Sequence record: SRR22947725_2486
Length of the DNA stretch: 20,000 bases
Reading direction: 5' to 3' (one strand)
Shown here: positions 7,297 to 15,059 of the stretch, piece by piece
Numbering within the stretch: position 1 is the stretch's first letter
Layout: every line of letters starts with the position of its first letter
Position numbers and translations under genes: made by a program
The notes under the pieces: model-generated
The model's input: the letters and a program-made list of their open reading frames with translations, nothing else
What the model was told of the DNA's origin: nothing
Database searches by the model: none

Positions 7297-9339
7297 TTAC
7301 ATGCAGTCTCGCTCAATTTTCTTATTAAACTTGCGGGATGCAAATAACTCTCCTTTGCTGAAGGCCTTTATAATACCACTTAAATAAAAATGTGTTTTGT
7401 CACAACTCGTATGAGTAGTCGTCTCAACTCGCGCGTCCCAATCATCCCTTTTATAGTGAGCTGTACAATTAAATTCCATTGCCGCAGAAAGAGGATCGTC
7501 CTGTTTAATTGAAAGTACTTTTTCTTTGGTAAACGAAATCTCGGTTCCAATATCATCAATTATATAACTCCCATCATCTCTTTTAACGACAAATTTAGTG
7601 CTTAGATCATCAAATTTATGAGTAAAAGTACGAGATTCGTTCCCAACCTTTTTAACGGTCATATTTAATGGTGTCGCATGTTCTGGAGGAAGAAACTTCG
7701 TATTATGGAAATTATCCTCATTGTGTAAAATAGGTAAACTAACTGTTGAACGAGATGGATCTATTGTAATTACAGTGGGAGTTGGTGATGGCCAAATTAA
7801 AGGCCAATAGGATGTTGAAACAGAAATTCGCAGCTGATGTCCTTTTGGAACAACCTGTGCTACGCCCTTTAATTTGACTGTCACTTCGTAAAACTTGTTT
7901 GGCGTTAAAGGATCTGGGTTTTCATCACTCTCTCTATGGGAAAGGTTAAGAACCCCATACGAAATTCGTTCAACAGCACCATTTGGATGTATGTTATTTA
8001 ATCGAACTGCAATTAATGCTTGAGGAACGTCTGAAGATATATTCAGTCTAACCCTTCCCTCTCCCACTATACTAATCGCTTTTAGTAAAGGGTCACCATC
8101 AAATATAAGAGAGCCTGAGTCATCCTCTCGTTGATCAAGAGGTAACTCGGGTGCAACTTTCCCTAAACCGTATGCACACCATTCACCACCATAAATCCCT
8201 GTCGTTTGAGGGGAGGATACCGTCAATTGTATGTTAATCGTAGTTTCGTCTTGTATAGATGACAGTCTATTACCATTGAAAAAATATGTGTCTTCCTTGA
8301 TACTTTTAGACGGCCAAGATGGAACACCTAACCAACGCCCTTCCCGCGCATCAAAGTGAGGCGCGGGCCTTTTGGAATCTTGTAAAAACAATCGCATATC
8401 AGGATCTTTGTCTACCCCAGTATCTATATCTTTTAACCAGTGATCCCACCATCGTTTACATTCTTGTAAGAAACCAATCGCTGGCCCTGGAACTCCTTGA
8501 TTAGGGTATTTGTGCCCCCATGGACCAATTATTCCTTTAGATGGTGTATTCAAGTTTTCAATAAGCTTGAAAACTGCAGTTGGATAACCATCAGCCCACC
8601 CACTTACTGCTAAAACTGGACACTGAATTAAATCATAATCTTCTTGAACTGAGCCATGCTTCCAAAATGCATCTCTGCGTTGATGCTCCACCCACAGAGC
8701 CGGATATAAGTCTAATCCATCAATACGCGTCTTCCACATCTGCTTCCATTTTTTGTCCCCCACCATCTTGGGATCTGGTGGAAGAGCACCGAAAGTAAAA
8801 AAAGCACTCCCCCAATCCATGTTATCGTTTAAAAGACATCCTCCCATAAAATGCACATCTTCATTGTAACGATCAACCGTAGAGCATAAACTAATAACCG
8901 CTTTTAGAGCAGGTGGTCTTCTTGCAGCAATCTGTAACCCATTAAAGCCACCCCAGGAAATTCCAATCATTCCGACCGACCCACTACACCAACCCTGGGA
9001 AGCCAACCATGTGATCGCCTCAATACCATCATCTTGTTCTCGCTTTACATATTCATCTTCCACAATGCCATCTGAGTCACCAGTTCCACTAATATCTAAA
9101 CGGACAAAGGCATATCCATTAGCTGCAAACCAGTACATATTTATCTCATCCCGAGCCCTCGTCCCATCCCGACGGCGGTAAGGTAAATACTCTAAAATTA
9201 CCGGCACTGGATCCTCACTCGCATTTTTTGGTAATACTATTCTCGCAGCAAGTTTTCGCCCATCAGAAAGCGGAACCCATACCAACTCCCTATCATCAAC
9301 AGAACTTTTATAATTTTGAGTTATTGGTTCAGCGCTCAT
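7297..9339 (-). CDS. CocE/NonD-family (peptidase S15-like) serine hydrolase, copy B
   Basis: LSDGRKLAARI, EYLPYRR, nucleophile GISWGG, WADGY (Asp), GPWGH (His) and a C-terminal PepX_C-like domain. Start moved from 9414 to ATG 9339 (MSAEP...), which has GGAGA about 8 nt upstream and removes the overlap with the upstream gene. Confidence 0.9.
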   Translation of the reverse strand: MSAEPITQNYKSSVDDRELVWVPLSDGRKLAARIVLPKNASEDPVPVILEYLPYRRRDGTRARDEINMYWFAANGYAFVRLDISGTGDSDGIVEDEYVKREQDDGIEAITWLASQGWCSGSVGMIGISWGGFNGLQIAARRPPALKAVISLCSTVDRYNEDVHFMGGCLLNDNMDWGSAFFTFGALPPDPKMVGDKKWKQMWKTRIDGLDLYPALWVEHQRRDAFWKHGSVQEDYDLIQCPVLAVSGWADGYPTAVFKLIENLNTPSKGIIGPWGHKYPNQGVPGPAIGFLQECKRWWDHWLKDIDTGVDKDPDMRLFLQDSKRPAPHFDAREGRWLGVPSWPSKSIKEDTYFFNGNRLSSIQDETTINIQLTVSSPQTTGIYGGEWCAYGLGKVAPELPLDQREDDSGSLIFDGDPLLKAISIVGEGRVRLNISSDVPQALIAVRLNNIHPNGAVERISYGVLNLSHRESDENPDPLTPNKFYEVTVKLKGVAQVVPKGHQLRISVSTSYWPLIWPSPTPTVITIDPSRSTVSLPILHNEDNFHNTKFLPPEHATPLNMTVKKVGNESRTFTHKFDDLSTKFVVKRDDGSYIIDDIGTEISFTKEKVLSIKQDDPLSAAMEFNCTAHYKRDDWDARVETTTHTSCDKTHFYLSGIIKAFSKGELFASRKFNKKIERDCM

Positions 9340-9380
9340 TATCGTTTTCTCCAAACTAAGCTTAGGCAGTAATACCTGAT

Positions 9381-11411
9381 TTAATTGTGGTTTCGAGGAA
9401 AGTCTTGAGACCAAGTTTCACTATGTACAAGCTCCTCACCCTGTCGCGCCTCCAAACTAGCTTCGACATGAAAATGAGTTGAGGTAGAGGTGATGATTGT
9501 TCGAGTTTTAGATGAAACTTCCCAAGCGTCACGTTCAAAAAGTTCACACCAGGTTATGTCTAGTTTGGCTGATAATGGGTCATCAGGGTGAATAGACATG
9601 TACTCATCATGTGTAGATGAAACAGTCCATCCCTTATGGAGATTATATACAACTTTCCCTTCATCAAACCACTGATGCTGAGTTACTACTCCAGATAGCA
9701 TATCTCTATTGATATCCCACTTATATTCCGAGGGTCTAAGTACTGTTTTATCTAATGGCTGTGCACACTCTGGATCAGAAAAAGGTACTAATTGTGTATC
9801 ACTTTCTCGAATAGGGCGAGTTGGTAAAATAATTTTACTAGCGTGCTTTGAAATGGTTATGGTGGCTCTCTCAGGTGACGGCCACGCGATTGGCCAATAT
9901 ATACTCGAGATTGCTACGCGAATTCGGTTGCCAACACCAAAACTATGCCCAGCCTCATTTAATTGAACTTTAACAGAGTAGGTCTTCTTAGGCTCCAAAA
10001 GCTCAGGTGTTTCACTGCTGTTCCGATGCGTTAAATTTAGCAAACCGTAGCTTACTCTAGTCACACTCCCATCTGATAAAACCTCTGATAGGCACACTGC
10101 TATCATTGCAACTGATTTATCACTAGATAGGTCCAACATTATCACGGGAGCACCCAGAATATCCAAAGGCTCTTTTAAAGTGTCAGTATCAAAAACTATC
10201 GAACCTGCCTCTTCAGGTCGCTGATCTCCAGGACCATCTGGATCTAATCCATGTGGACACCACTGCCCTGCCATTAGACCAACGGTCATTGGCGAATTTA
10301 TAGAAAAATCGTCAGCCTCTTTATGAACCACTGACGAGCTAAGGGATGGTTGTCCTGAACTAAATTTCAAAGTCAGATCTTTTGTGTTTGCTGACGGCCA
10401 GTTTGCTTCCGATACCCACTTACCAGGTCTTTCTTTATAATATGTCTTTGGTGCTATAGGATCTTGTATCCAACACCTTAAAGGTTCTTCCTCCATAATC
10501 CCAGTATCTATATCTTTCAGCCAATAATCCCACCATCTCAGGCATTCCTGAAGAAAACCAATTGCGGGCCCGGGCTCTGCAAAATGTGGATATTTATGTG
10601 CCCAAGGACCTATTAAACCCTTACAGGGAGATTTCAAATTTGAAAGCAACCTAAAGACAGAGTTCGAATATCCATCCGCCCATCCACCCACGGCATATAC
10701 AGCAGCTTGAATCTTATCGTAATCTTCACAAACAGAACCATGTTTATAAAACTCATCACGTGTTTGATGTTCCATCCAGTCTTTCAACCATAAACCACTT
10801 CCTTTCAAACGACCAACCCACAAATCATGCCACTTATTTCCAACTATATTTGGATCTGGAGGAGTTGTATTGAGTGAGAACATATAGCTATTCCATGCAG
10901 CATTATCGTTTAACAAACATCCACCCATATGATGGATATCATCTGCATACCGGTCATCAGTAGAACATATTGAAACTATGGCTTTCAAGGCTTCAGGTTG
11001 CCTCGCAGCAATTTGTAATCCGTTAAAACCACCCCATGATATTCCAATCATTCCAACATTACCTGAGCACCATTTTTGTTGAGTAATCCAGTTAATTATT
11101 TCAATACCATCATCTTGCTCTTGCTTTAAATACTCACCTAACAGAACCCCTTCTGAGTCTCCTGAACCACGCATGTCGACTCTGACTGAAGCATATCCAT
11201 GCCCAGCGAAGTAGGGGTGAGTTGTTGCATCTCTATCAGCTGTTCCATCTTGTCTCCTATAGGGTAAATATTCAAGAATTGCTGGGACAGGCTTATCAGG
11301 CGCATCGGTGGGCAACCATATCCTAGCAGCCAATCGAACCCCATCAGAAAGTTCAATAAAAATTGGATCTAAAACTTCAATTTTGTTTGGGAAATTTTCA
11401 ATAATTTTCAT
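9381..11411 (-). CDS. CocE/NonD-family (peptidase S15-like) serine hydrolase, copy A
   Basis: LSDGVRLAARIW, EYLPYRR, VDMRGSGDSEG, GISWGG, WADGY, GPWAH. AAGGA Shine-Dalgarno upstream of the ATG. Confidence 0.92.
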   Translation of the reverse strand: MKIIENFPNKIEVLDPIFIELSDGVRLAARIWLPTDAPDKPVPAILEYLPYRRQDGTADRDATTHPYFAGHGYASVRVDMRGSGDSEGVLLGEYLKQEQDDGIEIINWITQQKWCSGNVGMIGISWGGFNGLQIAARQPEALKAIVSICSTDDRYADDIHHMGGCLLNDNAAWNSYMFSLNTTPPDPNIVGNKWHDLWVGRLKGSGLWLKDWMEHQTRDEFYKHGSVCEDYDKIQAAVYAVGGWADGYSNSVFRLLSNLKSPCKGLIGPWAHKYPHFAEPGPAIGFLQECLRWWDYWLKDIDTGIMEEEPLRCWIQDPIAPKTYYKERPGKWVSEANWPSANTKDLTLKFSSGQPSLSSSVVHKEADDFSINSPMTVGLMAGQWCPHGLDPDGPGDQRPEEAGSIVFDTDTLKEPLDILGAPVIMLDLSSDKSVAMIAVCLSEVLSDGSVTRVSYGLLNLTHRNSSETPELLEPKKTYSVKVQLNEAGHSFGVGNRIRVAISSIYWPIAWPSPERATITISKHASKIILPTRPIRESDTQLVPFSDPECAQPLDKTVLRPSEYKWDINRDMLSGVVTQHQWFDEGKVVYNLHKGWTVSSTHDEYMSIHPDDPLSAKLDITWCELFERDAWEVSSKTRTIITSTSTHFHVEASLEARQGEELVHSETWSQDFPRNHN

Positions 11412-11496
11412 TTCGTATTCCTTAAAGTTTGAATAGTTTTCTTTTTATAGGTGAGGAAGTAGATTACACATAAGAGATATCTCAAATTAATAAAAG

Positions 11497-11547
11497 ATAT
11501 ATTATATAAATTATATAAATTATATATAAAATATATATTTTTATATT
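11497..11547. repeat. 51-nt pure A/T tract with tandem 9-mers and a palindrome
   Basis: ATTATATAA twice plus a third near-copy (11501-11527), a perfect 14-bp palindrome AAAATATATATTTT (11528-11541), and no G or C from 11497 to 11547. Confidence 0.75.
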
Positions 11548-11573
11548 GACTTCTAGATCACAATGACCAAAAT
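11546..11573 (+). promoter_or_regulatory. Putative sigma70 promoter of the ABC operon
   Basis: TTGACT (11546-11551), 16-nt spacer, CAAAAT (11568-11573). GAGGGG Shine-Dalgarno ahead of ATG 11607. Confidence 0.4.
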
Positions 11574-11606
11574 CTTATTATAATTTAATAAATTTGAGGG
11601 GATAAA

Positions 11607-13157
11607 ATGAATAAAATTTTACAAACACGACGTCAATTACTTCAGACAATAGCTTTTACAGGCATTGCTGGAGTTGCGCTCGGAAAGTTTCCGGGAATAG
11701 CATATGCAGCTGATGGGGCTACATTAAAAATCCAGTTTGAGCGCGAATTAGATAGCTTAGACCCAGGGTATTTTGTAGGAGGAAGTCCACCTTGTGACGT
11801 AAATTGGGCTCTAATGCCTGCACTAGTCCATTACGGTAGAGATGGTGGATGGATACCAAGTCCTCACGTAGATAGTATAGTTGCTCGTGATGCAACACAT
11901 ATCGACTTCACTCTTCGAAAAGGTATGATGTGGACTAATGGCTTTGGCGAAGTAACCACTGAAGACGTTGCTTACAGCTATGATAGGGAAGCTGTGAGTG
12001 AATGGAAAGGTGACTATGTAGCATATGATCATGTCGAAATTAAAGATAAATACAGTGGAACAATAGTTCTCAATCAACCATTTGCTCCCTTCATGAACAC
12101 CACACTTGCATCTGGAACTGGAATTATAATTTGTAAAAAAGCTGTCGAAGCTGCAGGAGGGAAGTTTACAACCGAACAACCTGCGTCTTGTGGTCCATAT
12201 TTAATATCAGAGCATAGACCGGGGCAAGTATTGAAACTTCGATCTAATCCTGAATGGAACGGAGCAAAACCCGCTTACGAAAATATTGATTGCCTTTTTG
12301 TAACCGAGTCCTCAGCGGCCGCTCTTGCTTATGAGGCTGGAGAACTTGATATTGCGAAAGTAAGTGCAGACACTTATGCTAGATATCTCAAAGACATTCC
12401 TGCAAAATCCAGCTTAACAGTTGCCGGAGCACTCCAGTACATGTGGATGGGGATGAATACTGACCATCCAAAACTCAAGGACATAAGAGTAAGGCAAGCC
12501 ATTCAGCATGCTGTCGATGCCAGCGCTGTGGTACAGGGAGCGTACTCAGGAACAGCAGAACAATCATACGGTGTTGTTTGTCCTGGCTTAACTGGCAGGA
12601 GAGATAAAGCCGGTTATTCATACGATCCAACTAAAGCAAAAGCTCTACTTGGAGAAGCAGGTGTGTCTGGATTAAAATTGACACTGCGAACTCTAAATAA
12701 CCAAGAGCGAATGCTGACAGCACAAATAATTCAAGCCAATTTGGCAGCTATAGGAATAACTGTTGAAATAATTCCTTTAGATGGCGGACCATTTTGGGAT
12801 ATGGGTCAAGAAAAGAAAGGGGACACCTGGAAAGAACTTGAGCTTTGGATTATGCGTTATAGCTCAGGTCCTGACCCATACGAGCCATTTCAGTGGTTTG
12901 TTCGCGGTCAAGTTGGGATATGGAATTGGGAACGTTGGTCATCTGATGAATTCGAAGACTTGTTTGCAAAAGGTGTAGCCGAAACAGATACTGGAAAACG
13001 GGAAGCAATTTACACACGGATGCAAGAAATTATGGATGAAACGGGTGCATATGTTTACCTAACTCACGAACCAGAGGTTTTCATACATAAATCCTCTCTT
13101 AGTCCTCATTTCTCTCCAACAGCAGAAATGATTGTAGGCGCGTTTAAAGAAGCATAA
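11607..13157 (+). CDS. ABC transporter substrate-binding protein, peptide/opine/nickel (family 5), Tat-exported
   Basis: TRRQLL twin-arginine motif, h-region and AYA cleavage site; LDSLDP, FTLRKG..WTNGFGEVTTEDVAYS, GPY and DIRVRQAI motifs. Confidence 0.92.
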   Translation: MNKILQTRRQLLQTIAFTGIAGVALGKFPGIAYAADGATLKIQFERELDSLDPGYFVGGSPPCDVNWALMPALVHYGRDGGWIPSPHVDSIVARDATHIDFTLRKGMMWTNGFGEVTTEDVAYSYDREAVSEWKGDYVAYDHVEIKDKYSGTIVLNQPFAPFMNTTLASGTGIIICKKAVEAAGGKFTTEQPASCGPYLISEHRPGQVLKLRSNPEWNGAKPAYENIDCLFVTESSAAALAYEAGELDIAKVSADTYARYLKDIPAKSSLTVAGALQYMWMGMNTDHPKLKDIRVRQAIQHAVDASAVVQGAYSGTAEQSYGVVCPGLTGRRDKAGYSYDPTKAKALLGEAGVSGLKLTLRTLNNQERMLTAQIIQANLAAIGITVEIIPLDGGPFWDMGQEKKGDTWKELELWIMRYSSGPDPYEPFQWFVRGQVGIWNWERWSSDEFEDLFAKGVAETDTGKREAIYTRMQEIMDETGAYVYLTHEPEVFIHKSSLSPHFSPTAEMIVGAFKEA

Positions 13158-13165
13158 GGAAACTC

Positions 13166-13195
13166 TTACGGCTGGGGTCTTGGCTCTAGCCGTAA
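13166..13195 (+). terminator. Stem-loop after the SBP gene (partial terminator or mRNA stabiliser)
   Basis: TTACGGCTGGGGT-cttg-GCTCTAGCCGTAA: a 13-bp stem including three G-U pairs, 8 nt after the stop codon, followed by a weak U-rich tail. Confidence 0.65.
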
Positions 13196-13219
13196 ATTCT
13201 TATAAAACTTTTATTATAT

Positions 13220-14164
13220 ATGTGGTCTTACCTATTAAAACGAATATTACTGTCCGTGTTAATCGTGTTTCTAGCGATATTAGCGCTATTCATAACACTT
13301 CATTCAATTCCTGGAGATCCAATTAGTATCGCTCTCGGGCCACGTGCAACACCTGAAATACAAGCCGAGTACGCGGCAAGAATGCATCTCGATAAACCTC
13401 TATATCATCAATTTGTTATTTTTATTGGAAATGTAATCAAAGGTGATCTTGGCAATGACCTCTTTTCCAATAGAAGTGTTCTATTGATTTTATCAGAGCA
13501 GCTTCCCTATACTATTGTGCTCGCTATCACAGCGATTGGTTGGTCTGCGTTGATAGGTATTCCTTTGGGATGTTTATCTGCTGTAAAACCAAACTCATTA
13601 CTAGATAAAATTACAGGAATAGTATCGGTTGGAACTATAGCAATCCCTTCATTTTTGGTTTCCATATGGGCTATTTTAATATTTTCTGTTGGATTAAAGT
13701 GGTTGCCTGTTATTGGGGCTGGAGAGCCAGGTGATTTTGGCGATCAAATATATCACTTAATTCTACCAGCATTTGCAGTAGGTCTTGGGTGGGTAGGTTA
13801 TTTAGCACGTATTGTAAGAGCTTCAATGCTCGAAGTAATGAGCGAAAACTATATACGGTCGGCGAATGCTTTTGGTTTAAAAAGTAGAACCATAATATTT
13901 AGATATGCGCTCAAAGTAGCTATTTTACCGACTATCACTCTAATTGGTGTTGGCTTCGGAGCGTTATTATCTGGAACAGTATTTGCAGAAATTATTTTTT
14001 CCAGACCAGGTATTGGGAAAATTATCTACAATATGGTGCTTGCCCGGAACTTCCCGGTAATCCAAGGTGCCGTATTAATTACAATTGGCATGTATGTAAT
14101 TGTCACCTTGATTGCTGACCTCATAGTTTCATGGTTAGACCCTCGCGTGAGAGATACACTGTGA
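13220..14164 (+). CDS. ABC transporter permease, DppB/OppB-like
   Basis: YLLKRIL, IPGDP, GDLG, HLILPA, ARIVRASMLEVMSENYIRSANAFGL (EAA loop), EIIFSRPGIG. Confidence 0.95.
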   Translation: MWSYLLKRILLSVLIVFLAILALFITLHSIPGDPISIALGPRATPEIQAEYAARMHLDKPLYHQFVIFIGNVIKGDLGNDLFSNRSVLLILSEQLPYTIVLAITAIGWSALIGIPLGCLSAVKPNSLLDKITGIVSVGTIAIPSFLVSIWAILIFSVGLKWLPVIGAGEPGDFGDQIYHLILPAFAVGLGWVGYLARIVRASMLEVMSENYIRSANAFGLKSRTIIFRYALKVAILPTITLIGVGFGALLSGTVFAEIIFSRPGIGKIIYNMVLARNFPVIQGAVLITIGMYVIVTLIADLIVSWLDPRVRDTL

Positions 14165-14171
14165 GCATTTC

Positions 14172-15056
14172 ATGAAAATCCAAAAAAAGAAAACAAAGCT
14201 GTCTCTTCCAGATATTATTTTACCTGAAAAGTTGGTACTTTTTTTACGTAATCCAATGGGCGTACTAGGTTTAACACTTGTTCTTCTTATTGTCATAAGT
14301 GCTGTTTTTGCCCCTTTATTTGCAACACATAATCCATTTACAATGGACATAGCAAACCGATTGGCTGGCCCATCTTTCGATAATTTCCTAGGTACAGACC
14401 AGTTAGGTCGGGATACCTATACAAGAGTGTTATATGGTGGACGTGTTGCCTTACAGGTTGCTGCAATAGGGGTCTCCGTATCACTGGTAGTTGGTTTAAC
14501 ACTTGGCATGATCGCTGGATATGGCCCTTTATGGTTGGATAATATGCTCCTGTTACTTTTTGATGCAATTCGTTCGTTTCCAACAATTGTGCTTGCTCTT
14601 GCCGCTGTAGCACTACTTGGGCCAAGCCTAAGTCTCGTTATGACTATCGTAATTATTACATCTATTCCAGGTTACGCCAGGTTAGCAAGGACGAGCACCC
14701 TTTCACTTAAAAATACAGAATTTATCCTTGCGGAACAATCACTAGGGGCCAGTATGAAAAGGGTTCTTGCAATACATATCATGCCTAATGTAGTCGGCCC
14801 CCTACTCATTTTAGCTGCAATGGATGTCCCAGTAGTCGTAACCATAGAGGCGGGGTTAAGTTTCCTTGGCCTTGGTGTTCAACCTCCAACTGCAAGCTGG
14901 GGAACAATTTTAAACGAAGGCTATCTAATTATTAGAACAACACCCTGGATTGTGATAGCCGGTGGTATTCCTTTAATACTAACAACTCTGGGTTTTACAT
15001 TCTTAGGTGAATCTCTCCGAGACGTTTTTGACCCAAGGTTACGGAAAGGAAAATAA
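14172..15056 (+). CDS. ABC transporter permease, DppC/OppC-like
   Basis: LGTDQLGRD, EFILAEQSLGAS, HIMPN, EAGLSFLGLGVQPPTASWG, GESLRDVFDPR. Confidence 0.95.
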   Translation: MKIQKKKTKLSLPDIILPEKLVLFLRNPMGVLGLTLVLLIVISAVFAPLFATHNPFTMDIANRLAGPSFDNFLGTDQLGRDTYTRVLYGGRVALQVAAIGVSVSLVVGLTLGMIAGYGPLWLDNMLLLLFDAIRSFPTIVLALAAVALLGPSLSLVMTIVIITSIPGYARLARTSTLSLKNTEFILAEQSLGASMKRVLAIHIMPNVVGPLLILAAMDVPVVVTIEAGLSFLGLGVQPPTASWGTILNEGYLIIRTTPWIVIAGGIPLILTTLGFTFLGESLRDVFDPRLRKGK

Positions 15057-15059
15057 AAG

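Noticed and set aside
9340-9414. N-terminal extension of hydrolase B overlapping hydrolase A
   Set aside because: ATG 9339 has a good Shine-Dalgarno and gives a length matching the paralogue, so the overlap is an ORF-caller artefact rather than translational coupling or a frameshift.
11497-11547. Replication origin DUE or CRISPR-like repeat
   Set aside because: No DnaA-box cluster, no dnaA/parAB context noticed, and no repeat-spacer structure or cas genes.
11579-11584. Perfect TATAAT as the -10 box for TTGACT
   Set aside because: The spacing to TTGACT is 27 nt, too long for one sigma70 promoter, and TATAAT arises readily in such AT-rich DNA.
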